DNA from: an uncultured Nitrososphaeraceae archaeon
Lineage (GTDB): Archaea > Thermoproteota > Nitrososphaeria > Nitrososphaerales > Nitrososphaeraceae
Assembly (NCBI GenBank): GCA_963779615.1
Contig: CAVZZA010000005.1
Coordinates: forward strand, 96,001 to 160,000
Reading direction: 5' to 3'
Length of the DNA stretch: 64,000 nt
Shown: one piece after another, positions 20,155 through 32,062 of the stretch
How positions within the stretch are numbered: position 1 is the first letter of the stretch
Layout: every line of letters starts with the position of its first letter
Made by a program: the position numbers and the translations under genes
Notes under the pieces: model-generated
Told to the model about the DNA's origin: nothing
The model's database searches: none
Seen by the model: only the letters and a program-made list of their open reading frames with translations

Positions 20155-21890
20155 ATCAATTTTTTAAATTTTTTCTTTTTGATCTGTTTCAGGATTGGTA
20201 GTGTAATAGCTCCCTCAGATGCCGAGTGAACTAGAGTTGCGTATTTAGATAATGCACCAATTTCATATCTGATATCGATAGTTTTTAATTTTTTTATCCT
20301 TTTTGAAAATTCTTTATCTGATATTTTGAGGTCCACGGTGCCCTTTACTAAATCAATTTTTATCTCATCTCCGTTTTTTATTAAGGAAATAGGCCCTCCA
20401 GCCATTGCTTCTGGCGATACATGACCTATCATCAATCCCCTTGTTGCTCCAGAAAACCTGCCATCAGTCAGCATAGCAACTTTTTCTCCTAATCCTTGAC
20501 CAACTATAGCTGCAGTTACAGCCAACATTTCTCTCATGCCAGGACCCCCTTTTGGACCCTCATACCTAATTACAACAACATCGCCTTCTATAATTTCTCC
20601 CTTAGCAATTGCTTCGAATGCGGATTCTTCAGAATTGTAAACTTTAGAAACCCCTACAAACTTGTCATAATTCAACCCTGCAGTCTTTATTACAGCCCCT
20701 TCTGGTGCCAAATTGCCGAATAATATCTTTAGTGTTCCCTCATCATGAATTGGATTTTCCACAGTTTTCAGGATTTTTTTATAATCACTCTCATGGTTTT
20801 GAAAATATGTTTTAGATTTTGCGAAATTGTAAGATTCAAGGTTTTCTTTTAACGACTTTCCAGTTACCGTCAATACATTACCATTAATTAGCCCCTTTTC
20901 AAAAAGAGACTTTAAAATAACAGGAATGCCTCCTATGTTATCAAGGTCAAGCATTACATAATTGCCTCCAGGCCTCATATTGGCTATATGGGGAGTCTTT
21001 TTCCTAATAATCTCGAAATCCTTGATATGCAATTTAACTCCTGCTTCTCGTGACAAAGCTAACAAATGCAAAATAGCATTAGTTGACCCACCTATAGCAT
21101 TAGCCATAATAATTGCATTTTCAAATGCCTCGTAGGTCAAAATATCACGTGGTTTTATATCGTTATCAATAAGATGATCTATTGATTTACCAGTATCATA
21201 ACAGATCTTATGTCTCATTTCGCTTTCTGCTGTTGGGGTTGCACTCCCTGGCAAAGACATCCCTATCGCTTCGCTAATTGATGCCATAGTATTGGCAGTA
21301 TACATACCGGCGCATGACCCGGCTGATGGACATGCAACATTTTCAAGACTTGTCAACTGTTCAAGTGTCATATTTCCAGCATCATAGGTTCCCACAGCTT
21401 CATATACATCTTGTACCGTTACAGGGTTGCCGTTTAAATTACCTGGTAGTATAGTACCACCATATACAAAAATTGAGGGAAGATTTAGCCTGGCCATAGC
21501 CATCAATGTTCCAGGTAAACTCTTATCACATCCAGAAATACCCACAATAGCGTCATATTGGTGGGCACGAATCATAATTTCTATAGAATCTGCAATTATT
21601 TCCCTACTTACAAGGGAAGCCTTCATTCCTTCGTGACCCATAGCAATACCATCTGAAACTGCAATAGTGGTAAACTCTCTTGGCGTATTACCGGAATCCT
21701 TAACACCATCCTTTGCTTTTTGAGCTAACTTGCCTAAATGGATGTTGCAAGGGGTGGCTTCATTACAAGTACTAGAAACACCTACCAAAGGTCTGCTTAA
21801 ATCTACATCATTAAGACCCATCGCTTTATACATGGCTCGATGAGGGGCCCTTGACGGTCCTTCTACTGTTTTTCTACTTGGTAAAACCAT
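20151..21890 (-). CDS. ilvD: dihydroxy-acid dehydratase
   Basis: PCNIHL, SDGIAMGH, GCDK, GMYTANTM, YEGPKGGPGMREM, TDGRFSG. Confidence 0.98.
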   Translation of the reverse strand: MVLPSRKTVEGPSRAPHRAMYKAMGLNDVDLSRPLVGVSSTCNEATPCNIHLGKLAQKAKDGVKDSGNTPREFTTIAVSDGIAMGHEGMKASLVSREIIADSIEIMIRAHQYDAIVGISGCDKSLPGTLMAMARLNLPSIFVYGGTILPGNLNGNPVTVQDVYEAVGTYDAGNMTLEQLTSLENVACPSAGSCAGMYTANTMASISEAIGMSLPGSATPTAESEMRHKICYDTGKSIDHLIDNDIKPRDILTYEAFENAIIMANAIGGSTNAILHLLALSREAGVKLHIKDFEIIRKKTPHIANMRPGGNYVMLDLDNIGGIPVILKSLFEKGLINGNVLTVTGKSLKENLESYNFAKSKTYFQNHESDYKKILKTVENPIHDEGTLKILFGNLAPEGAVIKTAGLNYDKFVGVSKVYNSEESAFEAIAKGEIIEGDVVVIRYEGPKGGPGMREMLAVTAAIVGQGLGEKVAMLTDGRFSGATRGLMIGHVSPEAMAGGPISLIKNGDEIKIDLVKGTVDLKISDKEFSKRIKKLKTIDIRYEIGALSKYATLVHSASEGAITLPILKQIKKKKFKKLI

Positions 21891-21938
21891 TATACATATA
21901 AAATAAAATTATAAAATAAAAACGTATTCTATATAATT

Positions 21939-22124
21939 CTATTCAAGATTTGCCATTATTTTTATCGAATCCAATCCCTCAAATTTAAAAATAGTTTCAC
22001 ACATACCACATTCAATACTATTATTATGAAGTTCATTTGATTGCAGTTCATTCAGGTATTCACACTTTGGACAAGGAAAAGAAAAATTCAAAGTGAAATC
22101 TTCTATTTCTATCGCTTCACCCAT
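21939..22124 (-). CDS. small Zn-ribbon protein
   Basis: Two CxxC pairs (CPKC, CGMC) in 61 aa. Confidence 0.7.
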   Translation of the reverse strand: MGEAIEIEDFTLNFSFPCPKCEYLNELQSNELHNNSIECGMCETIFKFEGLDSIKIMANLE

Positions 22125-22244
22125 ACACTGTAAAAAATTTTCGAGGTATTTAAAATGAACTATAATAAATAAAAAAAATATGACAAAACATATTAATCAT
22201 TTGAAATAGTAAATTAAATATTTCTTTTAACTAATATTTCATCG

Positions 22245-22676
22245 ATGCATATGTCCGATAATAAATGTATTTTTTGTAAAATAATTGATAAAAGCATTCC
22301 TAATGCAATTGTTTATGAGGATGATAAATTTTTAGTATTCCTGGACAAGTACCCTATTAATTATGGACACACTTTAGTAATTCCAAAAGATCATTTTAAC
22401 AATATTTTAGAAATGCCTATAAGTTTTGTTGGGGAGCTATATTCATTAGTTCCACAAATAGCAAGGGCGGTTATAACTACTATAGAGGGAAATGGGTTCA
22501 ATATTAGTCAAAATAACGGTAAATCTGCAAATCAAATTATACCTCATGTTCATGTTCATATAGTGCCACGGTTTTCTTTCGAAAAAATAAAAGGTCAATG
22601 GCCGATGAGAAAGATAGCAAATATGGATGAGCTTAAAGTACTAGCTGAGAAAATAAAATCGAATATTGTCATGTAA
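22245..22676 (+). CDS. HIT family hydrolase
   Basis: CIFCKI, GHTLVIPK, histidine triad HVHVH. Confidence 0.95.
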   Translation: MHMSDNKCIFCKIIDKSIPNAIVYEDDKFLVFLDKYPINYGHTLVIPKDHFNNILEMPISFVGELYSLVPQIARAVITTIEGNGFNISQNNGKSANQIIPHVHVHIVPRFSFEKIKGQWPMRKIANMDELKVLAEKIKSNIVM

Positions 22677-23580
22677 ACAATCCCACAATAAAATGAACGC
22701 AAAAAACAAAAAGATAACTATTGGAATACCAACCTATAACGAAGAAAGAAATATTGTTAGTTTTTTTGAATCCTTAAAAAAACAAAACATTGAATCAAAC
22801 ACTATTGACAAAATATTATTTATTGATGATTCAGATGACAATACTCCAGCATTAATCAATAAATTAAAAATAGAAAATCCAAGTTTAAAGATTGAACTAA
22901 TTCACAACAATAAAAGAATGGGCGCTACTAATGCATGGAATACAATTTTCAAGGAATCAAGTGGAGAAGTTATAGTTTTATTAGATGCAGATATTGAACT
23001 AGAAAGAAACTGTATTTTTAATTTAACAAATAAAATAAATGAAAACACAGGCCTTTGTGCGTCTAATACACAACCCATCATCCAAAACAGTAACAAGTTT
23101 TCAAAAGCATCTGCTTTTATTGCATTCTGGTTAAGATCCGTAAGGCAGCATGGAGTATCACAATATACGACGATGGGAAGGGCATTGGCATTATACTCTC
23201 AAGATGTTAAATATTTAGAAATACCAACAAACATAATTGCCATAGACCTATATATTCAATGTAAAATTTTAGAAAAGCAGAAAAATGTGGTTTATAATGA
23301 TGAGGCAGTGATATATTTCAAAACCCCTTCAACTATGCCCGATTTTTTTAGTCAGGTTACAAGGGCTATAATTGGTCATAATCAAATAAAGAAGCTAACA
23401 AAAAAACATTCACTGAATATATCTTTTTTGATACTTTTAAAGGAATTTATTAAAAACTCTTTTCGATATCCAAAATATTCATTGGCGTTGATTTATTGTT
23501 ATTCAATGTTACCCTACACCTATTTCAAGACTAAAAAAAATGTTTCTTATTTATGGCAAACTGCTGAAAGTACCAAATAA
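22666..23580 (+). CDS. glycosyltransferase family 2
   Basis: IPTYNEE, IDDSDD, DAD motif; start more likely at the internal MNAK. Confidence 0.9.
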   Translation: MSCKQSHNKMNAKNKKITIGIPTYNEERNIVSFFESLKKQNIESNTIDKILFIDDSDDNTPALINKLKIENPSLKIELIHNNKRMGATNAWNTIFKESSGEVIVLLDADIELERNCIFNLTNKINENTGLCASNTQPIIQNSNKFSKASAFIAFWLRSVRQHGVSQYTTMGRALALYSQDVKYLEIPTNIIAIDLYIQCKILEKQKNVVYNDEAVIYFKTPSTMPDFFSQVTRAIIGHNQIKKLTKKHSLNISFLILLKEFIKNSFRYPKYSLALIYCYSMLPYTYFKTKKNVSYLWQTAESTK

Positions 23581-24058
23581 TGAAAGATGTTGTATTTTCT
23601 TGTACTTAACGGGATTCATGTGCTGAAGGTAATTTTTTCTTATGGTTTCATATTATCAGATTTTAATGCTCTGGAGATAAGTCCTGGCAACAGAATCAAT
23701 AATTATTAATTATCTGTGTAAGTTTGGTACAATAGACAAAATACATGTTGTTATATTGTTTTTTTTAAACCCCACCAATATCATCATTGAGAGTTTAATC
23801 ATGATAAATTTTTATTTTTCAACTGCAAAAAAACGAACTTAAAACATGACCAAAAAACTGAGAATTTGTTCTTTTATAATTCACAAAATGAAATCATAAA
23901 GACAGTGATTTACCTAAGTAAACATAGTTATTGATCCATATAAAATAATAAGTTATTAGTTTTATCAAAAGAAGTCCACAACCAAGTGAATAAAGTATGG
24001 TTTAATGATAAAATAATTTTTCTACACCCCAACAAAAAAAGTGTTTTTAATGCTTTAT

Positions 24059-24723
24059 GGCTCTGTTCACTTGACGATAAATCTATAGCTTGAAAGCGCC
24101 TTATTCCACTTGTGCTTACCAGAAACAGAACGCCTCCAGAGTATGTGTATTGTGGTCTGTATTAGTGTTTTTCAGGTTTATCACGGAAGAGCATCTCAAC
24201 GATTATCTTATTGCATCAGACGAAACCATGTAACGATTTGAAACTGGATTCAAAACCATCAGCCAAAAAAGGTGTCATCAAAAAGCACAAGGATTTCAGA
24301 ATTCATGGTGGATGAGGCATTGCTTAAAGTTGGAACGGAATTCATATGGTTGTGAGGGGTTGCAATTGAGCAAGAAAACAGGCAAATTCTCGCACTAGCC
24401 ATATCCAAGGAGGGAAACATGTTTGTTGCAGGGAGATTCATTTCAGGTCTAGCCAAAATTCATGGAAAGCATCCTGCATCAACGGATGGTGGCACATGGT
24501 ATCCGCAAGCCTGCAAGTTCCCAAGGCTAAATCATCATCTGCATCCCTCATATGAGAAAAGCCTTATCGAAAGGACGACGCAGTATGAAAAAGACAGAAT
24601 GAAGGATTTGATGGTTACTTTCCCTGTGAGACAATTAACTGTAAACTAAAGCATGTGCGAAATTGGCTGAATCTGTTTGTTGACTATAACAACAAGGAGT
24701 CAAGCCGTTAAGGGAACAGAGTC
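24059..24723 (+). mobile_element. IS6-family element with inactivated DDE transposase
   Basis: Imperfect TIRs GGCTCTGTTCACTTGACG / reverse complement GACTCTGTTCCCTTAACG; transposase motifs VDEALLKVG, STDGGTWYPQAC, IER with internal stops and frameshifts. Confidence 0.85.
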
Positions 24724-24778
24724 TATTTTACACATATTAAACTTTAATAGGTAAATAATTCAAATCAAAATTAATCAG

Positions 24779-25093
24779 ATGAAAGCACTAATTATATATA
24801 TTCCAGAGAATAGATTTAACACTCTTAAACAAATATTATATCAAAATAAGGTTGAAGGTATTTCATATTTTAATATCATGGGTCAAGGGGAGTTAGAAAG
24901 AAAATTTGACGAGAGAATGAAAGCAAGTTATAAAACCCAAGAAAAGTTTGTTCCTGCATTTGCACCCAGATTAAGAATAGAAACAATTGTCCATGAACAA
25001 AAAGTAAAAGAAATTATAGATGCAATTAAATTAAATGGAACATTTTTAGGCAAGATATTCGTATTTGATGTTCCAGAGTCATATGACATCTAA
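24779..25093 (+). CDS. P-II family nitrogen regulatory protein (divergent)
   Basis: MKAL, G.SYFNI.GQG, RIET.V, GKIFV.DV. Confidence 0.85.
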   Translation: MKALIIYIPENRFNTLKQILYQNKVEGISYFNIMGQGELERKFDERMKASYKTQEKFVPAFAPRLRIETIVHEQKVKEIIDAIKLNGTFLGKIFVFDVPESYDI

Positions 25094-26187
25094 AACTATA
25101 TTCAAATACAAGGCAGCATCCGCTTATCTAAAGAAAAGAGCATTATAATTCACACCGAGGTCCTTTTCATAATGCTTTGAAATTAATAAAATTTTATATT
25201 TACTTATAATGACTAATTATTCCAACATGCTAATTGGTGTTAACTCGGTTATTCCACTTATCATTAGGTTATTCTACACAATAGACAAAATCAAATGGAA
25301 TGTAATGAGCTAAACGATAATAAATCAGAATAAAAGTTGGTTTATCTTCTTTATTTTGATTCATAATCTTTTTACCCCTATTGCCATCACCATAAATCCA
25401 CAAAGTCACATACAAAAAGAAATACCTAATTCATGTATGCACATATAGAGAAAATAATTATAATCGTCAAGACCAATCTGACACAAAGCATAGATAACAT
25501 AAACCGGTCATTACATTAAGCTAGGAAATGCATTTTTTTATTGCAATTATAAAGTAAACCTGCATCTTTTTAAAGAAAAAGAGTATATAAATAGTAAACC
25601 ACAAATGTCTATTTTTACAACTCAACTTAACCATTACTGCACATAAGATCATTAATCTTCAAGCCGGGTATCAAAATGAACTTGTAATTGATACAAGGTC
25701 CCCCCTTTTGATAATAATAGTTGTTTAATGGACAAGTTAGGGCATAGAAACAAAAAATGAACCCATTTAATCTATGTATTATTTAACTGTCATTTGCCAA
25801 CAAGACAGTTATCATATTACCAAGTTTTTAGATTACAATGGCACTGGCAGCTCAACCAACGTACATGTGTCTATTCATAACAAAATCTAGAATTACCTAC
25901 CCATTAGCAAAAAATTTTCAAATGCAGATATTGCAGACTTGAAATTATATGAATTATTATCTTCAAGAGTATATCATTTTATTAGGATAACAGTGATTTA
26001 TTCCTCTTGATGATAACTAATGGGCAATGGTAGAGTTTGTAGAAAATCATTTACATAACCTGATTTTTAAAATAACGTATCGCTATTCATATTAAGCAGG
26101 TTATTTAATACAAATACAAGGAAGAATTCTGTTTATAACTAGAATTTACATTACAATCAAGAATGATGTTAAAAGGATAATAAGATA

Positions 26188-26811
26188 ATGATTAGTGGTA
26201 AGGACAAAGACAGCACACAAGACGAAAAAAAAATTGAAGAAGAAGTATCAATCACACCTATACAGATTTTTATCTTGATGTATCTTTATTCTGAAGAAAT
26301 AAAAGAAATACAAAAAAGAGACACCCTTAGGCATATTCAACACTCTGATAAATCTCATTTTTCAGAATATACACACAATGTATCCATGTCTCTTAGAGAG
26401 ATTTCACTACTTATACCCTCATCGATATTACCGGATATGAGATTAAATGAAGAGCATATTCACACTCAATTGAAAATATTGGAATACAACCGGCTTTTAG
26501 GTGTTTTTTTCGAGAAATTTCAGGAGAAAGAAAATTCAGTATTTTTTATCACCATAGATGGAATCATACTAGTAAAACAAATATTCTCTACTCTTTCGGA
26601 TAAAATACAGGATAAAAAGGTTTTTGAAGAGGATATAGATAAAGTAGAAGGGAATAAAAACGCAAAGGATTGGTTAAAAGGCTTATCTTCAGAGCTTAAA
26701 CGCAAGGCAAAGGATGAAATAGCAGATATTGTGATTAACGGGGTAAAAATACATGGGCCATCACTAATAGTATTATTAATAAATGTACTTTCCCCACCTG
26801 CTAAGGAATGA
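26188..26811 (+). CDS. hypothetical protein with probable winged-helix domain
   Basis: 207-aa ORF; L..LE..RLL...FFIT.DG pattern typical of a wHTH wing. Confidence 0.65.
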   Translation: MISGKDKDSTQDEKKIEEEVSITPIQIFILMYLYSEEIKEIQKRDTLRHIQHSDKSHFSEYTHNVSMSLREISLLIPSSILPDMRLNEEHIHTQLKILEYNRLLGVFFEKFQEKENSVFFITIDGIILVKQIFSTLSDKIQDKKVFEEDIDKVEGNKNAKDWLKGLSSELKRKAKDEIADIVINGVKIHGPSLIVLLINVLSPPAKE

Positions 26812-27071
26812 CCATTTATTAATTATTGCTGCTCGATATAAATAAGTAAATAGACTAAAAGCACAAAAAAGATATCATTTGTAGCTCCTTTTGTAAACAA
26901 ATATTTTTTTTAAAAAAAATACTAATTAGTTTAATTATTTCGTATTTTTGATCCAGATTTAGATTTATTCAAATTCAAGGAGATAAACCTGTTCAAATAA
27001 TATTTGCTTCATTCAGCAATGAAAAAATAAATAACCTAATACATATGTTAGACAAGTAACAGTAAAATATA

Positions 27072-27713
27072 TTGAAGCAGCTGAAAGATCGCGAAGAAGC
27101 AGGCTGTATGCTTGTTGAAAAACTAAAAAAAGAAAATGGCATTAAAGGTGAAAAAAACGATTTCCTTGTTTTAAGCATCCCAAGGGGAGGAATAATTGTA
27201 GGTAAAATAATATCAAGAGAACTAGGATATAATTTTGGTTTAATAATACCGAGAAAATTAACCGTTCCTAACAATCACGAGTTGGCCTTTGGAGCCATAA
27301 TAGATAAAGACAACTTTGTTTTAAACAAAGAAATTATAAATAGATTAAATATTTCAGAAAAAGAAATTGAAATTGAAAAGGAGAGTCAGATAAAAGAAAT
27401 TGAAACCAGGAGAAAAAAATACAATTTTTTAGAAAGAAAATATCAGGACAAGGTTATATTTTTAGTAGATGATGGCGTTGCTACTGGATACACAATTTTA
27501 ATTTCTTTAAAAAAAATTAATCAAGAAAAACCAAAAGAAATAATTTTATGCACCCCTGTGATTCCAAACTCAAGTTATGATTTTTTAAAAAAATACTGTA
27601 GTAAAATAGTTTATTTGATCAAGGAACCTGATTTTTTATTTAGCAGCGTTGGACAATTTTATAAGGATTTTAAACAAATAGAAGATGAAGAGATAGAAAA
27701 AATATTGTGTTAA
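27072..27713 (+). CDS. phosphoribosyltransferase family protein
   Basis: DREEAG, IPRGG, PRPP loop LVDDGVATGYT, VGQFYKDF.Q. Confidence 0.92.
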   Translation: MKQLKDREEAGCMLVEKLKKENGIKGEKNDFLVLSIPRGGIIVGKIISRELGYNFGLIIPRKLTVPNNHELAFGAIIDKDNFVLNKEIINRLNISEKEIEIEKESQIKEIETRRKKYNFLERKYQDKVIFLVDDGVATGYTILISLKKINQEKPKEIILCTPVIPNSSYDFLKKYCSKIVYLIKEPDFLFSSVGQFYKDFKQIEDEEIEKILC

Positions 27714-27770
27714 TATAATGACTAAAATTATTTAAATGCATATACCTACCAAAAAAAATATTATTTGATA

Positions 27771-28556
27771 ATATTAAAAATAGATGATAGATCCCTTGAA
27801 TAATTAGAAACAGTATGCCCCATCAGTACGACAATGACTGATGATGCCGATCTAAAAAGGCGACAATGCTCTGTAGTTTACCAGTCCTGATACTATTTCA
27901 GACACCTTGTCGTAATTTCTCAACCTGTTTCTGAAGCCATTGCTCATTATCCTGTACTTTTTCATCCTGCAAACGGTGTGTTCCATCACAATCCTTTTTT
28001 TAAAGTGATTCTGGTTGCACTCTTTTTCCTCTTGAGTCAACTCTTTTTGGCTTGTCTTCTTTCTGTTCGGTGTGGATGGCTTTTGGTCAGGAAAGTCTTT
28101 CCCAACCCCAAGGTATCCAAGGTCAAACACATTTATCGCTTCTTTTGGAGTTATGGGATGATTCTTCTTATAGATGTCATAGTCATGCCGATGTCCTTTT
28201 TTGTGTTTTGCTTTATGGATAATGACACCCGGTTGTTAACCATGAGATGTGTCTTTACGGTAGGCCTTTTCCTCTTGCCTGACTAGTCATCTTTCTTCTT
28301 GTTTTGTTCTTTAGGCCTTGGTATCTGCTGTTTTGCGCAGTCTGTGAAGGACAGAAAGCCTGGGAAATGCCTTTCAGCCTCTTCTGGTGTGCGCTGCCTT
28401 TTTGACAATCTGTGCATCTTTTGCGGAATTGTTACGCACCTTCTTATCAACAACTCAATTTTTTGGATATCCCTGCGGACGCTACTCTGGTCCTAGTCAA
28501 ACAAAAGCCGGCCAACGTGTGGGTTGTGTAAAGACGGCAACAGTAGACCAAAAGCA
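27771..28556 (-). repeat. inverted copy of 33667-34452 (3' part of a dead IS5/ISL2-like element plus 18 bp of flank)
   Basis: Identical mirrored ORF translations; paired coordinates sum to 62223; boundaries checked base by base. Confidence 0.93.
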
Positions 28557-29538
28557 AATTGGTTAATTTGTACAAAAAAGGAAACAGACTCAAAGGCTAA
28601 GGGAAGAATGCTATTAGTTGTTATAGCAAGGGAAGATGGACCTGTTCCATTTCGTGTTGTTAAGGGGATGAAAATAAGCAACCCTTGGGCTTCAGACTGG
28701 CTAAAAAGATACGATAAGAAGGTGTTGATGGACTGAAGGACAGGACAAGAAGCGGCAAAAACCTGAGATTTCACAAGAAATATCCTGTTAAATGAGAAAA
28801 GAACTATCTAATTCCAAACAGGGTTAGACAACACAACAGGTGGATGAGCTGATTGTGGAGAAAAGCGGCATAAATTTCATTATAACCCACATATGCCGCA
28901 TACTTCGCAAGTGGGGTTTTAAACAGAAGATGCCAAGAAAGGCGCATTTTGATACTGCATCCAAAGATGAGAAGCATGCTTTCAAAAAAAGGCCAAAGAG
29001 ATGCTTGTGGATAAGCAGCATCAAAAAGGAGGCTTCTTTACCCTAGTGTCCCTGGATGAATCCTTCTTCTTCTGCGATTCCCTGGTAATGAGGGTTTGGA
29101 TTGATGACAAGAAAAGACCTTTAGTGAGGGTAACAGGCTCTCATATATCCAAATATGCATCTTCAGAGCATTGAGTCTGGAAGGAAAGCAGCTGTTCAGA
29201 AAGTACGATAGGTTCAATGGAGATACGTTTCTGGAGTTCCTAAAGACAATTCATTCCAGGTTTCCAAAAAGCCATCTGTTTATGGACAAGGCGTCACCAC
29301 ACAGGTCAAGGAAGGTTAGGGGGTATTTTGACAGGCATAAAAACAGCCTGATTCCAGTATACCTTCCAACTGCATCACCAGAGTTTATGGTGATGAAAGG
29401 GTACGGAATATAGCCAAAAATGATTTGCTAGTGTTATCATACTATCCATCATGTGCAGATTTCAAAAACAAAATATCTCAGTATTTCAAAACAAAAAGAT
29501 TCAATCTGAATATGAGAAAATATCTTCTTAGGAGTGCA
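28557..29538 (+). mobile_element. IS630-family transposase pseudogene (left end lost)
   Basis: HTH part (WLKRY, RILRKWGF..K.PRK), A7G slippery junction near 28984, DES...MDKASPH...YLPTASPE catalytic motifs; multiple stops and frameshifts. Confidence 0.85.
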
Positions 29539-30281
29539 TTTTAGGAAAGTTATGCTAATTGGTATATACATTCTAAGAACAGGATGCCAATGGAAGATGT
29601 TACCTTCTGGATATGGATCTGGGTTCAGCATGTCATAGGCGATTTCAGCAATGAATTAAACTTGACATTTTCAGGAAAATATGAATAAGGCTGCTCAAAA
29701 TATATGATATCTGGTTGATATCAAGTGGACCTGGCAATCACTTGACAGCATATCGATAAAGTCGCCCTTAGGGGGGGGCAATGACAGGAAATAATCCCGC
29801 ACATATATGCAAGCTTGGCACAAAACGACATATTTTAACGGATAAGGAAGGTATCCCACTCTCAGTTGTCATATCAGCTGCAAATACACATGATGTTAAA
29901 TTAGTAACAGGTGTGGTGGATAATGCAGTTGCTGACTTATTTCATCCCTTAAAACAAAGGAAGGAAGAAAAAGAAAACAACATCTATGCCTTGCTAAAGC
30001 ATATAGTTCAAACCTAGATGAACGAACAATCACAAAACGAGGATATGTACCACATTTACCATACAGGAGAAAAAGAGGCGAGGTCAAGAAAGATATAGAA
30101 ATGATCGAAAATCACAAAAAACACCCTGCCAGAAGATGGGTCGTGGAAATAACCAACTCATGGCACAGCAGGTTCAGGAAACTGTTCACTCGATATGAAA
30201 AGAAAGCAGAGAATTGTCTTGGTTTGGTGCAGCTTTCATGCAGCATCATTATTTATAGAAAGATAATTTTGGGATAGGCTC
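29539..30281 (+). mobile_element. IS5-family transposase pseudogene (left end lost)
   Basis: YILRTGCQWKMLP, G-run frameshift junction near 29770, KLGTKRHILTD..GIPL, RWVVE; right end TTTTGGGATAGGCTC followed by TAA. Confidence 0.85.
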
Positions 30282-30988
30282 TAAATTGTCAATCATGTAT
30301 GTCCAAATCGATGATTACTATTTTCTTTTTTTTATTTATTAAATTAGTCTTAATAATATTCACTATTTTATCAGTTCATCTTTTTAGCGAAAATTAAATA
30401 ATCAAAATTATGATAAGTTTAGGATATAACAATATAATTTCCAGTCTGTTATCAACAGGGTTACTTGTTAACGGTTAGCACAACCTTTTTTTGGATTCTG
30501 TATTGGTTGCTTGCTTTCTATCTCTATTTCTCTACACAGGTAAAGAAGATATACTCTAATCTTATATCTATTTATATAGAAAACTCTACCACCCTATAAT
30601 CGTAGATATATATCACATTATCTATGGTGTAAAAGTTCAGCTCAGGAAGCTGTTTTGATAAGAAGGGAAATATTACTTAATCTTTAGAAGAGGTGATTAA
30701 TCAATGAATTAGGAGCAGGAGGAATTAAAGAGGAAAGACAGAAAATTAAGCCTTAGATATTTCTCCACCGTATTGTATTAAGAGGTCTGTAGTTCATATA
30801 TTAAATTATACTGTGTTGTACTATAGATCTCGTGATTTTAACAAAAACTTTTCTTTTACAATATTGTTGTACATAAACTTTTAAACATATATTACCAATC
30901 GGTTATTATGGACTGGTAGTTCATTAATTCTAATCGTTCCTAACATTATACTGAAACACTTTCAAATGCTTTTAGTTATATGAATTAT

Positions 30989-31270
30989 GTCAGATGATGG
31001 TCAGATGATGGTCAGATGATGGTCAGATGATGGTCAGATGATGGTCAGATGATGGTCAGATGATGGTCAGATGATGGTCAGATGATGGTCAGATGATGGT
31101 CAGATGATGGTCAGATGATGGTCAGATGATGGTCAGATGATGGTCAGATGATGGTCAGATGATGGTCAGATGATGGTCAGATGATGGTCAGATGATGGTC
31201 AGATGGTCAGATGATGGTCAGATGATGGTCAGATGATGGTCAGATGATGGTCAGATGATGGTCAGATGAT
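30989..31270. repeat. 11-bp tandem repeat (GTCAGATGATG) x26
   Basis: Counted directly; one unit at 31198 lacks 3 bp. Confidence 0.97.
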
Positions 31271-31362
31271 TAAAACATATTATAAGCGCAATCAAACCAT
31301 AATATACAACCTATATTTTCCTTCTATCTTATATATTTTGGTAGTAGGTATTAAAATAAATA

Positions 31363-31810
31363 ATGGTTGTTAAGGTTCCCCTGTCTATAAAATTAGAGGT
31401 ATTGGATGAGTGGCTACAGGGAATTACCCGTACCAAAATAGTAAGAGACAACGGCATAGGCGTTGGGACTGTAACGGATATTCATCAACAGGCCCGTAAC
31501 AAGGACATTCCTGACATTGACTTACTGAGGAAGCTTGCTTTAATGTTAAAAAAAGAAAATCTTGATGTAAATCATTTTACCTCTGCAGTTAGGATAAAAA
31601 AGTTTGGATAGAATCGCATTGCCCGAAGATAAAATAGAATAGTTACTTGAGGAGATAAATGTGCATTGCTTTAAGCGAGAAACGGAAGAAAAAGAACTAC
31701 TATCCAAACTAGATGAAATATTTTAAATGGCATATAAGTTAGATATTCCAATATCAGATGTCTTGGTAAAAATAAGTCAAAAGACAACGTGATTAATAGA
31801 TACTAATGAG
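31363..31810 (+). pseudogene. degraded HTH/coiled-coil protein
   Basis: WLQGITRTKIVRDNGIGVGTVTDI HTH; coding-like sequence continues after a frameshift near 31600 with in-frame stops; end approximate. Confidence 0.6.
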
Positions 31811-32062
31811 TTATGAAAAGTGAAAAGGGTATTAGACACAGATTGAAGAATACATATGAATATTTTTTAATTCTATATAATAGAATATGGTAAATTCCGT
31901 GATACAGATAAATAAAATTGAATATAGCCCTAACAGGCACTCATTTTTTTGTTAAACCAATACAAAAATAAAATATAAAACAGGTATGTATAAAGGCTAT
32001 GCTTATCTAATCTACAACGGAAAACTTTATTGAAGACATTTATAAAATCTCCCAAACCCATG

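Noticed and set aside
25100-26187. Possible decayed genes in a long intergenic region
   Set aside because: No recognisable motif or ORF of 60 aa or more; cannot be assigned without a search
27978-28774. Hydrophobic ORFs within the IS copies (and their mirrors at 33727-34245)
   Set aside because: Antisense frames of transposase remnants
30989-31270. CRISPR array or repeat-protein gene
   Set aside because: No spacers; the 11-bp period cycles through stop codons on both strands
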